Of a DNA stretch of 64,000 nt, positions 39,387-49,815 are shown piece after piece. The translations under genes and the position numbers were made by a program. The stretch's first letter is position 1; every line of letters begins with the position of its first letter. Origin of the DNA: Gemmatimonadota bacterium (GTDB taxonomy: Bacteria; Latescibacterota; UBA2968; UBA8231); NCBI GenBank assembly GCA_038153405.1, contig JAYOYH010000005.1, forward strand, positions 64,001 to 128,000, in the 5' to 3' direction. The notes under the pieces are model-generated. The model saw only the letters and a program-made list of their open reading frames with translations, did no database searches and had not been told where the DNA came from.

Positions 39387-40994
39387 TTGGCACTGGCCAG
39401 CCCATGCGGTATCTTTCCACCGCGACAAAGCATCTCCATCTGTGCCGACGACCGAGAATCGCCATTGCTACCCGCATACCGAAATCCGACATTCAGAGCA
39501 CTCTACCCGATCGCCCTCCTTGCCATTTTGGCCGCGTGCGATGAAGGCGTAGACGCTCCACCCCAAGCGCAAACCGCACAAGCTATTGAACAGCCCCCTG
39601 TAGATGCGGGGCGTCAGCACCTTAGCGCCGGGCGATATGCTGAAGCACTAGTCGCCTTCGCCACTGCCTTGGAAGGCGATTCAGACGAGCAGCTGATCCG
39701 GCGCGACTTTGCCCGAGCGCACTTGGCGCTCGGGCGCTATGACTCGGCGCAGACGCATATTGAACACGCCCTCAGAGCCGACACTACCAACGCCGAATTC
39801 TACGATATACTCGGCGCAATCCACATGGCGCGCGCCTTTTCCCAAGCGCACTACCGCGATACGGACGAAGCCCTGGCCGCCTTTCAACAGGCCATCGATC
39901 TAGATTCCATGCGCGCACATGCCTACTACAATATCGGTCTGGTCTATGCATACCGAGACAGCAGCGCGCTAGCAGAGCGGGCGTATCAACGCGCTCTGGC
40001 CGCTGACTCTACGCTGTCGCCCGCCTACAAAAAGCTCGGCATGATGGCGCGCGAAGGGGGCGACCGAGAGGCGTCGGTCAACCTCTTATCACAGGCTCTG
40101 CGCCATGCGCCCGACGATGCCGAAGCCAACTTTTACCTCGGCATGCTCTATCGCGAAAGCGGTCGCTTTGAAGAAGCCCTCTCGCACTTAACGCACGCCG
40201 CTGCGCTCAACCCGCATTCGCCTCAAATACACTCAAATATAGCGGGAGTCTACCTGCGACTAGGGCGGCGCAGCGAAGGCCAAGAGGCTCTGCGGCGCTC
40301 GGAAATCCTGCGTCAGAAAGAACGCGGAATTGGCTCCGAAATTTCCCAACCTAGCGGGGGAGCCGTCGCCATCGGTCCGGCAACCGCACGCTATAATATG
40401 GCGCTCAACTTGGCCCTGCGCGGCCAGTATGAGCAAGCCATTGTCGCTTATCACAACGCGCTCGAGCTCAACCCCGACCTCAAAGATGCCCACAGTGGTT
40501 TGGGCATCTTGCTCACGTGGAAAGGCGAATTGGACGAGGCCGCTCAGTCGCTGCGCCGCGCCGTTGACCTCGATCCGCAAGATCCAATCAACCGCACCCG
40601 GTTGGGCATGGTCTACTACAAACAGGGCCGTCTCTATCCGGCACGGGCCGAACTCGAGATGGCGCTGGTTTTGGACGAGGCGCTGGCCGAAGCCGCCTAT
40701 GGCCTGGGTTTAGTCGAAGCGCGCCAAGGCCAAATGGATGCGGCGGCAGCTCACTTCGCCCGCGCCAGCCACCTACGACCGGACTACGCCGAAGCGCTAA
40801 TGAATCTCGGCGTCACGCGCATGCGGCTCAACCAGCCCGCAGCCGCCATCGATTCGTACCTGCAAGTTGCCGAACTCGACCCAGACAACGTTCGCATCCA
40901 TATGTACTTGAGCGACGCCTATGCCCAATTAGGAGATGGTTCGCGCAGCGAGGCACACCGCGCGCGCGCGCGCCAACTGAAGGAGGGAGGTTGA
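39387..40994 (+). CDS. TPR-repeat lipoprotein (true start probably downstream of 39387)
   Basis: IALLAILAAC lipobox about 50 codons in; about a dozen 34-aa TPR units (AYYNIGLVY, ANFYLGMLY, ALMNLGV). Confidence 0.85.
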   Translation: MALASPCGIFPPRQSISICADDRESPLLPAYRNPTFRALYPIALLAILAACDEGVDAPPQAQTAQAIEQPPVDAGRQHLSAGRYAEALVAFATALEGDSDEQLIRRDFARAHLALGRYDSAQTHIEHALRADTTNAEFYDILGAIHMARAFSQAHYRDTDEALAAFQQAIDLDSMRAHAYYNIGLVYAYRDSSALAERAYQRALAADSTLSPAYKKLGMMAREGGDREASVNLLSQALRHAPDDAEANFYLGMLYRESGRFEEALSHLTHAAALNPHSPQIHSNIAGVYLRLGRRSEGQEALRRSEILRQKERGIGSEISQPSGGAVAIGPATARYNMALNLALRGQYEQAIVAYHNALELNPDLKDAHSGLGILLTWKGELDEAAQSLRRAVDLDPQDPINRTRLGMVYYKQGRLYPARAELEMALVLDEALAEAAYGLGLVEARQGQMDAAAAHFARASHLRPDYAEALMNLGVTRMRLNQPAAAIDSYLQVAELDPDNVRIHMYLSDAYAQLGDGSRSEAHRARARQLKEGG

Positions 40995-42529
40995 TTCGCA
41001 TGTGCTTTTACGCCGCTTTCGCTGCATTGCTCATCGCTGCTACGGCACAGGCCCAGACTCCCGCGAGAAGCGATACCACCATCAAGGGACAGCGCTACGC
41101 ACAAATCGATGCCGCCGACTTCCTCACCGCTCTGCGCACCGCCAGAGCCGGCACTCAGCTGGAATACCGCGCAACGGCCGTGCGTGGGCCGGTATTCGCC
41201 CCCACGTCTGGGCTCGACACCGTGCGCGCAGCGCTCTTGCTAAACGACGTCATTTTTCTCGGCGAAATCGCACTGAGCAACGTCGTTTTTGCCGCTGAAT
41301 TTCGCGGTGAAAACGTCGAATTTCGCGGCGGTCTTTCCGCTCTTAAGACGCGCTTTGACGCCGACTGCACGCTGCAGCAGAGCACATCGCGCCGACACAC
41401 CAACTTTAAACAGGCCGTCTTTGCGGCCGAAAGCAATTTCTCTGGCAGCGCGTTTGAACAAACGGCGTCCTTTATCGAGACGCGCTTTTCCCGTGCGACC
41501 TTCTCCCATGTGCGCTTTGCCGGAGAAGCCTATTTTGAACGCGCCGATTTTGCGGCCGAGGCCGATTTCAAAGACGCGTTTTTTGAGGGAAATGCACAGT
41601 TCAAGAACGCTCGGTTCAACGACGACGCTCACTTCGGCGGCGCGCGCTTCATACAGCGCACTCGTTTTTGGCAAACCGTTTTTGCCAAGCGTTCCACCTT
41701 TGACAACGCTCGCAGTCGCGGCGAAATCTCTTTTAGACAGGCCGTTTTTTGGGGGCCAGCGCACTTTCGCCACATCACCTTTGTCCACCCCGTGGGCTTT
41801 GCCGGTGCGACGTTTCACCATCCGACCACATTTGCCGGCAGCCACTTTAAAAAGGCCGTCGACTTCAGCGGCGTCCGCTTTCACGCCGATCTCGACCTCA
41901 ACGCCGACTTCAAGAGCACGCTCGATCTGCGCTACAGCAGAGGCCCGATTCTCGACCTCTTGCCGGCAATCGACGACCGCGATGCACAAAACCCTGACTC
42001 CACGCTGACCGATACCGCCCGTCTCTACTTGCAGCACGCCAATTTCGCACGCGCGTCTTTTCGCTGGCCGCAGCTATCTGGCCGCCTGGCCACCGAAGAT
42101 AGCACGGGAGCCGACCTAGGACCGGTCTACGCCAAACTCCACCACTATCTGCTAGCCGAAGGCCTCACGGAAGATGCCCGCGCCTGCTTTGCCGCTGCTA
42201 TGGAACACAAGCGCCGCGCGCTTGGCCCAACCGACGCTGCTTGGTACGGCCTGCATTTGTGGCGACTGACTACGTATTACGGGGCCGATCTGAGCCGCCT
42301 GGCGCTTTTCATCGCCGTCTGCGTGCTCTCCTTTTCCCTGCTCTACCGACTCGCGCCGGGCCTCCCCAACGGCGCACTCGATTGCCTGTATTATAGCACG
42401 CTGGTTTTTTTTCGCCTGAAGGTACCGAGCGATGCTCAGCTTTTTACGCGCTGGCTCTCCATCGCACAAGCTCTTATCGGCTGGCTCTGCCTAGGCCTGT
42501 TCATAGCCGCCCTCGTCGGTTATCGGTAA
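40991..42529 (+). CDS. Pentapeptide-repeat protein with signal peptide and C-terminal two-TM channel-like domain
   Basis: Periodic AxF..AxF repeats (ADFKDAFF, AQFKNARF, AHFGGARF); C-terminal TM - 'DCLYYSTLVFF' - TM. Confidence 0.75.
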   Translation: MIRMCFYAAFAALLIAATAQAQTPARSDTTIKGQRYAQIDAADFLTALRTARAGTQLEYRATAVRGPVFAPTSGLDTVRAALLLNDVIFLGEIALSNVVFAAEFRGENVEFRGGLSALKTRFDADCTLQQSTSRRHTNFKQAVFAAESNFSGSAFEQTASFIETRFSRATFSHVRFAGEAYFERADFAAEADFKDAFFEGNAQFKNARFNDDAHFGGARFIQRTRFWQTVFAKRSTFDNARSRGEISFRQAVFWGPAHFRHITFVHPVGFAGATFHHPTTFAGSHFKKAVDFSGVRFHADLDLNADFKSTLDLRYSRGPILDLLPAIDDRDAQNPDSTLTDTARLYLQHANFARASFRWPQLSGRLATEDSTGADLGPVYAKLHHYLLAEGLTEDARACFAAAMEHKRRALGPTDAAWYGLHLWRLTTYYGADLSRLALFIAVCVLSFSLLYRLAPGLPNGALDCLYYSTLVFFRLKVPSDAQLFTRWLSIAQALIGWLCLGLFIAALVGYR

Positions 42530-42535
42530 GAGCCT

Positions 42536-44185
42536 ATGCTGCGTTTTATCCTCTATTGCGCCGGCCTACTAGCAGGCTGTTCTCCTGAGTCCGGGCCTAT
42601 AGCGACCGCCGTTCCCGTTCACTACGCAGAAGTGGATGCCGGCCTAGCGTTCGAACACTACAACGGGTTTTCCGGAGAGTATTACTACGTGGAAACCTTT
42701 GGACCGGGCTCGGCTTTTCTCGACTATGACGGCGACGGCTGGCTCGATATCTACCTAGTCAACGGGACCTATCTAAAAGGCCTCGCTCCCGACCTGCTGC
42801 CGGCCAACCAACTCTACCGCAACGCGGGCGATGGGACTTTTGCGCGGGTCGATGCCGGCGCCGCCGACTTGCGATACGGAATGGGGGTTGCCGTCGGCGA
42901 CTACGACAACGACGGCGACGCCGATCTCTACGTGACCAATTTCGGTCCCAACGCGCTCTATCGAAATGACGGAGGGTACTTTGTCGATGCGACCCAAGAA
43001 ACGGGCGTGGGTGACCGGCGCTGGGGTACGAGTTGCGCTTTTCTCGATTACGACCTCGACGGCGACCTCGATCTCTTCGCCACCAACTACGTCGACTTTG
43101 ATCTCGACCGCAACGTCATCTGCAAAGAGGGAAGGATCCGCACCTACTGCCGCCCACAGGCCTATGAACCCGTCGGCGACTTGCTCTACCGCAACGACGG
43201 GGAGCGCTTTACCGACGTGACCGACGAAGCCGGTATCACACTAGCCGGACGCGGACTCGGGGTCGCCCTGTCGGATTTTGACCGCGACGGCGATACCGAT
43301 ATCTACGTCGCCAACGACGGCACCATGAATTTCCTCTACGAAAACCGCCGCGGACATTTTGCGGAAATAGGCCTACAGGCTGGCACTCGCTACAACGAAG
43401 ACGGCCGCGCCGAAGCCGGTATGGGCGTCGATTTTGGCGACTACGACAACGATGGCTACCAAGATATTTTCGTCACCAACTTCGGCTTTGAAACGAACAC
43501 TCTGTATCGCAATAGCGAAGGAACCTATTTTACCGATGTGTCAGCCGAAGTAGACCTAGCCGAACCCACCTATGACCCGCTCGGTTTTGGCACCAAATTC
43601 CTCGACTACGACAACGATGCCGATCTCGATCTCTTTGTCGCCAACGGTCACGTCCTCGATCTGATGGACGATATAGATACAACAGGCAACCTCTCGTACT
43701 ACCAAACCAACCAACTGCTGCGCAACGACTCGCGCGCAGGCAAGCGGCGCTTCGTCGACGTTTCGACCCAGTCTGGTGCCAGCTTTGCCATCAAGAATGT
43801 TGGCCGCGGGACCGCGGTAGCCGACTACGATAACGACGGCGACCTCGACCTTTTGGTAAACGGCGTAGCCGACCCGCCACGCCTGCTGCGCAACGACGGG
43901 GGCAACCACAACCACTGGCTAACCGTTGAGCTGGTTGGGGCCATCCACCGCGATGCACTCGGCGCGCTGGTGACGGCGACGCCTGCGGCTGGCTCGCCCC
44001 AAGTCCGCGAGCGCCAATCGGGCGGCTCCTACCTCTCGGCACACGATCCGCGGCTGCACTTTGGTCTCGGCACGGCCACCCAAGTCGACCTCGAAATACG
44101 CTGGCCCAATGGCCAGGTACAGCATCTCAACGATATAGCCGCCAACCAGATACTGCGCGTGGTTCAACCCATACCGACACCGTAG
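42536..44185 (+). CDS. CRTAC1-family lipoprotein (FG-GAP repeats + ASPIC/UnbV domain)
   Basis: LAGC lipobox; multiple DYDxDGxxDL repeats; C-terminal GGSYLSAHDPRLHFGLG...IRWPNG. Confidence 0.9.
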   Translation: MLRFILYCAGLLAGCSPESGPIATAVPVHYAEVDAGLAFEHYNGFSGEYYYVETFGPGSAFLDYDGDGWLDIYLVNGTYLKGLAPDLLPANQLYRNAGDGTFARVDAGAADLRYGMGVAVGDYDNDGDADLYVTNFGPNALYRNDGGYFVDATQETGVGDRRWGTSCAFLDYDLDGDLDLFATNYVDFDLDRNVICKEGRIRTYCRPQAYEPVGDLLYRNDGERFTDVTDEAGITLAGRGLGVALSDFDRDGDTDIYVANDGTMNFLYENRRGHFAEIGLQAGTRYNEDGRAEAGMGVDFGDYDNDGYQDIFVTNFGFETNTLYRNSEGTYFTDVSAEVDLAEPTYDPLGFGTKFLDYDNDADLDLFVANGHVLDLMDDIDTTGNLSYYQTNQLLRNDSRAGKRRFVDVSTQSGASFAIKNVGRGTAVADYDNDGDLDLLVNGVADPPRLLRNDGGNHNHWLTVELVGAIHRDALGALVTATPAAGSPQVRERQSGGSYLSAHDPRLHFGLGTATQVDLEIRWPNGQVQHLNDIAANQILRVVQPIPTP

Positions 44186-44188
44186 CCC

Positions 44189-45940
44189 ATGTCTGCAACG
44201 CGTTCCCGTTGGGCACTATCGGCCCTCGTCGCCCTCTGCACCTCCTGCGCCGAGGCCCCGGCGCCGCTCGAGCCCTACGAAGGCCCCGGGGGAGCCATTG
44301 CCCCCAAGGCGACGGCCGCCGGCTTTTCAGCCGAGGCCGACCTCGACGGTCCAGCCGGCCAGCTCTTTATACGCGCCGAAGTGCACTTTGCCGCAAACCG
44401 CTTCGACTCGGCATCCACCGCCTATCGACAATCCATTGACCGCACGTCGACCCTAGCGACACAGCTCAACTTAGGGATCGCTCTGCTCAATATGTCCGAT
44501 ATTTCCACCGCGACCCAGGTGCTCGGCGCGGGATTGGCGCAAAGTAGACAACGCAATGACCCCCTCCTCACCGCTGCGTTTCTCGGCAATCTCGGCAACG
44601 CATATGCCAATCAGAACAGCTTAGATCAGGCGCTGGCCAGCTTTAGAGAGGCGTTGACTATATACCGGAACATCGGTCGACCAACCGAGAGCGCGGCAAG
44701 CTTGGGCAATATAGGGATGGTCTACTTTTTGCGAAGCGATCTAGACAGCGCGAGGGCTGCCCTTATCACAGCCCTCGCGACAAACCGCCAAGTTGCCTAT
44801 CGCCGCGGAGAGGCGCAGGATCTGGATCGCCTCGGCACCATCCACATCCTGCGCGGACAGCTCGACAGCGCCCTCACTCACTACCAAGAAGCCCTGGCAA
44901 TCAACCGCGATATAGGCTATCTGCGCGGGCAAGGGCGCGCCTTGGGCAATATCGGCAACGTGCGCTTTGAGCGCGGACAGCTAGACCACGCCCTCAAATC
45001 TTACGAAGATGCGCTAGCGGTTTATCGCGATATGGGCTACCTGCGCGGACAGCTCACCCAGCTCAACGGAATCGGGCTGACTCACCGGCGCCAAGGCGAC
45101 CTCGAAAAGACGCTCAGCGCGCTTCAGCAGTCGCTCGAGCTGAGCAAACAGATCGCGCCGGCCAGCGAGACAGGGTCGCTGCACGCCGAGATGGGCAAGG
45201 TCTATTTTCTTCAGGGACAATTAGAGGAGGCACTGCGATCCCACCGCGCAGCGCTCGAGATATTCGTCGCGACCAACCAGTTCCGCGAGCAGGCCACTCA
45301 GCTCGACCACATCGGCACGATACACATTCTGCAGGGACACCGACAGGAGGCGTTGGCCTTTTACCAACGCGCCCTCGCCCTCTTTCGCCAGATCGACCAT
45401 CCCAGCGGACAGGCCGAACAACTGGACAAACTCGGATCGCTTAATCAAGGCCTCGGCCGACTGGAAGAAGCACTGATAGCCTACCGAGAGGCGCTGCAAA
45501 TCTACCGGCGTTTCGACCGCCATATTGAAGGAGCAACCCAGCTAGACCATATCGGATCCGTGCACGTGCAACAGCGCGCATTCGATCAGGCGTTGGCCGC
45601 CTACGAAGAAGCCCTGCATATCTTTACTCGCATCGGTCACCGCCAGGGCCAAGCCGCCGAGTTGAGCAATATCGGCAACATTCACTTCAACCAAAACCGG
45701 CTCGACCAGGCCCTCACATCTTTTCAAAATGCGCTCTACATATTCGACCTGATCGACCATCCGCGCGGCCAGGCCGACTGTCTGGGCAATATAGGGCTCG
45801 TCTATCGCGACCGCGGCAACGGCGCGCAGGCGCTCGAACACCTGCGCAAAGCAAGGGCCCTATACCAACGCTTGGGCGTACACAGTGCGGGCGTCGAACG
45901 CGTAGCTGGGGCCATTGCCGCCTTGGAAAAAGACGACTAA
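44189..45940 (+). CDS. TPR-repeat protein (40-aa TPR_12-like repeats) with N-terminal signal/lipoprotein-like peptide
   Basis: Repeats of LGNIG/LDHIG...ALxxYxxALxI at 40-aa spacing; N-terminus ALSALVALCTSC. Confidence 0.85.
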   Translation: MSATRSRWALSALVALCTSCAEAPAPLEPYEGPGGAIAPKATAAGFSAEADLDGPAGQLFIRAEVHFAANRFDSASTAYRQSIDRTSTLATQLNLGIALLNMSDISTATQVLGAGLAQSRQRNDPLLTAAFLGNLGNAYANQNSLDQALASFREALTIYRNIGRPTESAASLGNIGMVYFLRSDLDSARAALITALATNRQVAYRRGEAQDLDRLGTIHILRGQLDSALTHYQEALAINRDIGYLRGQGRALGNIGNVRFERGQLDHALKSYEDALAVYRDMGYLRGQLTQLNGIGLTHRRQGDLEKTLSALQQSLELSKQIAPASETGSLHAEMGKVYFLQGQLEEALRSHRAALEIFVATNQFREQATQLDHIGTIHILQGHRQEALAFYQRALALFRQIDHPSGQAEQLDKLGSLNQGLGRLEEALIAYREALQIYRRFDRHIEGATQLDHIGSVHVQQRAFDQALAAYEEALHIFTRIGHRQGQAAELSNIGNIHFNQNRLDQALTSFQNALYIFDLIDHPRGQADCLGNIGLVYRDRGNGAQALEHLRKARALYQRLGVHSAGVERVAGAIAALEKDD

Positions 45941-45952
45941 ATCGCAGATTCG

Positions 45953-48157
45953 TTAGTGATGACCACTACCATGATCCGCCGACGGCATCAAGTTGAACGC
46001 CGCCCTCTTTAGCGGCACCGCCCTGCCCGCTCCTTCGCGCAGCAACCACGCCCCATCCATCGCAACGCCTTCAAAGCGCTCCACGGCTCCCGTCGCCGGC
46101 CAGCGCACGTCGACAAAGTCGATGGCGCGGGCCTGTCCCAAACCGATTTCCTGCTGCAGACTAGACCCGCCAAAGCTGCCCCCACTTCCAGCCAGCGCCC
46201 ATATATCGCGCACGCCATCATCTCGACGCACTCGCACCTGAATGCGCGCGCCGATCGCATCTCGGCTCGACGACACGCCCTCCAACTTGAGCGTCACCCA
46301 GCCGTTGCCGTGACCGGGATTGGCATAGAGCACATTGTAGTATGCATCCCCCGAGTAGGCACCGCCCATAACCTGATAGATATCCTGATCGCCGTCGTTG
46401 TCTAAATCGCCAAAGCTAACGCCGTGGCCCTTTTGCAAGTGCCCCGTGCCCGCCGCGCTCGTCACGTCTAGGAACTGATCTCCCCCGTCATTGCGATACA
46501 TGCGATTGGGCAGCAGCGAACGCAAATCCGGATTGCCGGTACCCAAATACACGTCGGCGAAACCGTCATTGTCTAGGTCGCCGTAGTTCGCTCCCATGAC
46601 CAGCACCGCCCCTTCCAGTCCCGATTCGACGGACGTAAAACGGCCATCGGCCCCATTGCGAAACAGCCGTGATCGCGATGCCGACGAAGTCTGCCGCAAA
46701 TAGACGGCGGCGATATCGATTGCGTCGTTGTCGTAGCCGGCGACGAATATATCGAGCCAGCCGTCGTTATCGTAATCGAAAAACCACGTGGGAAAACTCC
46801 ATTCTGGCTCGGTCACGCCAGCGGCGGCGCCCCGTTCGCTAAATCCCCGTTCGCCGTCATTGCGGTAGAGCGCATTTACCTGCCCCATGCGCGACAGAAA
46901 GAGGTCGATATCGCCGTCGTTGTCGTAATCGCCCCAAGCAACCCCCTTGACGTAGCCCACATTATCGACCCCTTTACTGCGCGCCCGTTCGACGAATTTG
47001 GCACCCGCCTCGTTGTGGAAGAGTTCGCAGGGATGCCGTTCCCAGTCGTTGGACTCGTTGCCGATATACAGGTCGACAAACCCATCGTTATCGTAATCGC
47101 CCCAGGCCGCAGTCTGCGTGGGGTGGAATGAGAGCAGACCCGTCTCGACGGTGGCGTCGACAAAGCGCCCCCCTTCGTTGCGCAACAGCGAATTGGGGTG
47201 ATGTCCCTCCTCGTTCCACCATGCTCCCCTAAGGACGAGCACATCGGCATAGCCGTTGTTGTCGTAGTCTGCGTGCACCATGTTCAACCCGCCGAGTTGT
47301 TCGCTCAGGCCGGCCGCTGCTCCGCGTTGGGCAAAGGTGCCGTCACCTCCGTTGACAAAAAACTGCAGCGGATCGTCCAATCCCCAGGAAGAAGCCATGA
47401 TATCTAGGTCGCCATCGCCGTCAAAATCTTCGACAATACTGCCGCCGGAAAGCCCTAGCGCATCGACTCCGAGGGCCGTTGCGACATCGACCAAGCGCCC
47501 GACATCGCCTTCCGAAACAAAGACTTCGGGATCAATTCGCCATGCCAAAGGCACGCCGTGCGGATAGTCTCCCAGAGTCATATAGAGAATGTTGAGCAGC
47601 CACCGCGTTGCGCCGTCGTCCGGCCGCTGTGCCAATACCTGGCCATACTCAAGGAGCGCCTGCCGCGCACTTTCCTGTAACACATGCACGCCAGCAGGCG
47701 ATATAGGCAATAGGCACGATTCGGTGTTGTGGAGGTTCAGGCAGTTTTCCTGTTCGGCCAAACGCATGTGGGCCAGCCCCAAAAAAGCGTGCAGCGGCCA
47801 CGTTGCCCGCAGCGGTGCCGTGCTCTTGCGCCGCGCCAGTTCGTCCTGCACATAGCGGAATTCATCAATCGACTCGCGCGTGCGCCCGGCGCGCAGTAGC
47901 AGGTCGCCCAGTTGCAAACGCAGCCGCGCTGCGCGCGACCAGTTGGGCGCTTCTGCAACGGCCGTGCGCAGCGAATCAACTCGCCTTCGATTGAGGTCTT
48001 CGTTTAGCTCGACGCGCGTCGTCTGGGCCAGCGCGCGCAGGAGTTCGGCCACTGGGCGAACGGCATCGCCTTCAACGGCACCGGCAACACCACACGTGAG
48101 AAAACACACCGCACACGCCCATGCCCACCGGCTTGAGGGTCCGCTATCGCGGCACAT
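45953..48157 (-). CDS. CRTAC1-family protein with N-terminal helical/Cys-containing extension
   Basis: Possible start 48157; EQENCLNLHNTESCLLPI; FG-GAP repeats; GHLQKGHG; SGGSFGGSSLQQEIGLG...VRWP. Confidence 0.87.
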   Translation of the reverse strand: MCRDSGPSSRWAWACAVCFLTCGVAGAVEGDAVRPVAELLRALAQTTRVELNEDLNRRRVDSLRTAVAEAPNWSRAARLRLQLGDLLLRAGRTRESIDEFRYVQDELARRKSTAPLRATWPLHAFLGLAHMRLAEQENCLNLHNTESCLLPISPAGVHVLQESARQALLEYGQVLAQRPDDGATRWLLNILYMTLGDYPHGVPLAWRIDPEVFVSEGDVGRLVDVATALGVDALGLSGGSIVEDFDGDGDLDIMASSWGLDDPLQFFVNGGDGTFAQRGAAAGLSEQLGGLNMVHADYDNNGYADVLVLRGAWWNEEGHHPNSLLRNEGGRFVDATVETGLLSFHPTQTAAWGDYDNDGFVDLYIGNESNDWERHPCELFHNEAGAKFVERARSKGVDNVGYVKGVAWGDYDNDGDIDLFLSRMGQVNALYRNDGERGFSERGAAAGVTEPEWSFPTWFFDYDNDGWLDIFVAGYDNDAIDIAAVYLRQTSSASRSRLFRNGADGRFTSVESGLEGAVLVMGANYGDLDNDGFADVYLGTGNPDLRSLLPNRMYRNDGGDQFLDVTSAAGTGHLQKGHGVSFGDLDNDGDQDIYQVMGGAYSGDAYYNVLYANPGHGNGWVTLKLEGVSSSRDAIGARIQVRVRRDDGVRDIWALAGSGGSFGGSSLQQEIGLGQARAIDFVDVRWPATGAVERFEGVAMDGAWLLREGAGRAVPLKRAAFNLMPSADHGSGHH

Positions 48158-48170
48158 AACTCGGCCTTTT

Positions 48171-49811
48171 TTATTCGATTGACTCATAGACGATGAGCTG
48201 CTGATCAGCCTTGATATCCACCATCTCCTGCAACCGCCCGCTGGGCCATTCTACAATCAGTCGATCTACGCGATCGCTGGCCCCCAGGCCAAAGTGGAGT
48301 CGCAAATCGCTGTGCGACAGGTAGCTGCCGCCGCTCTGCACCTCGGCGTGCCGAGTGCGTCCACCGGCTTCTACGCGCACGCGCGCACCGATGCCATCGC
48401 GATTGCTCTCCCTGCCGACTAGCTTCACCTGTAGGTAGTGACGCTGCGGATTGCCATCGTTGCGCAACAGCGTCGGTAGCGCATTGAGGTTTAAAACAAA
48501 AATATCCACGTCGCCGTCTGCATCGTAATCGGCAAAGCTCGCCCCGCGACTGACGCTGCGCACGGCCAACCCCGGGCCGGCATTGGCCGTCACTTCGACA
48601 AACTGGCCATCGCGATTTTCAAAAAGCGAGTTGAGCTGCTCGTAGCTCGAATTGAGCAGGGGCTTATTGGCCTGCGGATAGGTGTGCCCGTTGGCCACAA
48701 ATAGGTCGAAGTCGCCGTCGTTGTCCGCATCGAAAAAACCCGTGCCCCAAGCGACTAGGCTGCGATCCGCACGGCCTATACCCGAAGAAAATGCGACGTC
48801 GGTAAAAAAGCCGCCGCCCTCGTTGTCGTAGAGCGCGTTGGCTTCGTCGGCAAAATTTGTCACAAAGATATCGGCGCGCCCATTGCCATTATAATCGCCA
48901 AACGCAGCCCCCATACACCCTTGCTCAACTCCTTCGCCGCTGTAGGCGACACCGGCCATCAGCGCCGACTCGACAAAGGTCCCATCCCCCTCGTTGTGGT
49001 AGAGCTTATTCGGCGTCGAATCATCGGCAACAAAGAGATCGGGCCAACCGTCGGCGTCGTAATCGCCCCACAGTGCACTCATGCCGTAGAATTTTTCCGC
49101 AGAAAGACCCGCGGCCACAGTGACGTCGACAAAGGTGCCATCGCCTTCGTTGCGGTAGAGCACATCGGCGGCCGGCAGCAGTCCGACAGGACCGCAGTAT
49201 ACGCTGACATTTTTCCACAGGCAGGGAATCGGCGACTCGTACTCGAGCGAAAAGTCTACGTAGTTGGCCACGTAGAGGTCCGCGTCGCCATCGCGGTCGT
49301 AGTCGGCAAACGCCACGCCCGTACCCCATCGGCGATCCCCCACGCCGGCCGCGTCTGTCGCATCGACAAAACGCCCATCGCCGTCGTTGCGGTAGAGGGT
49401 GTTGCGACCAAAATTGCTCACGTATAGATCGGCATCGCCGTCGTTGTCGTAGTCGCTGACAGCGATCCCCATCGACCAGCTAGTGTCGCCGACGGCCGCC
49501 GAGGCAGTCACGTCGGAAAACAGCCCGCTGCCCTCGTTGCGATAGAGGGCATTACGCGGGTGTTGCCCCTCTTCAAAGCCATCAAACGACGAGCCGTTGG
49601 CGATATAGAGATCGACATCGCCGTCGTTATCGTAGTCGAAAAAGGCCGCCCCCCCCATCATGCCCTCGACAATGTAGCGCTGATCGGAACCCGACGTGTT
49701 GACCAAGGAAATGCCCGCCGCTTCCGTCGCATCGACGAAATACAGCCCCTCGCCTACTGCCTGTCCGCTCAGCGCGGCAACCAGCGCGCCTATCGCAGCG
49801 ACAACCTTCAT
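48171..49811 (-). CDS. CRTAC1-family protein (FG-GAP + ASPIC/UnbV)
   Basis: Start 49811 (AGGAG RBS), signal peptide; DYDNDGDVDL repeats; SGGSYLSHSDLRLHFGLG...EWPSG. Confidence 0.9.
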   Translation of the reverse strand: MKVVAAIGALVAALSGQAVGEGLYFVDATEAAGISLVNTSGSDQRYIVEGMMGGAAFFDYDNDGDVDLYIANGSSFDGFEEGQHPRNALYRNEGSGLFSDVTASAAVGDTSWSMGIAVSDYDNDGDADLYVSNFGRNTLYRNDGDGRFVDATDAAGVGDRRWGTGVAFADYDRDGDADLYVANYVDFSLEYESPIPCLWKNVSVYCGPVGLLPAADVLYRNEGDGTFVDVTVAAGLSAEKFYGMSALWGDYDADGWPDLFVADDSTPNKLYHNEGDGTFVESALMAGVAYSGEGVEQGCMGAAFGDYNGNGRADIFVTNFADEANALYDNEGGGFFTDVAFSSGIGRADRSLVAWGTGFFDADNDGDFDLFVANGHTYPQANKPLLNSSYEQLNSLFENRDGQFVEVTANAGPGLAVRSVSRGASFADYDADGDVDIFVLNLNALPTLLRNDGNPQRHYLQVKLVGRESNRDGIGARVRVEAGGRTRHAEVQSGGSYLSHSDLRLHFGLGASDRVDRLIVEWPSGRLQEMVDIKADQQLIVYESIE

Positions 49812-49815
49812 GTAC

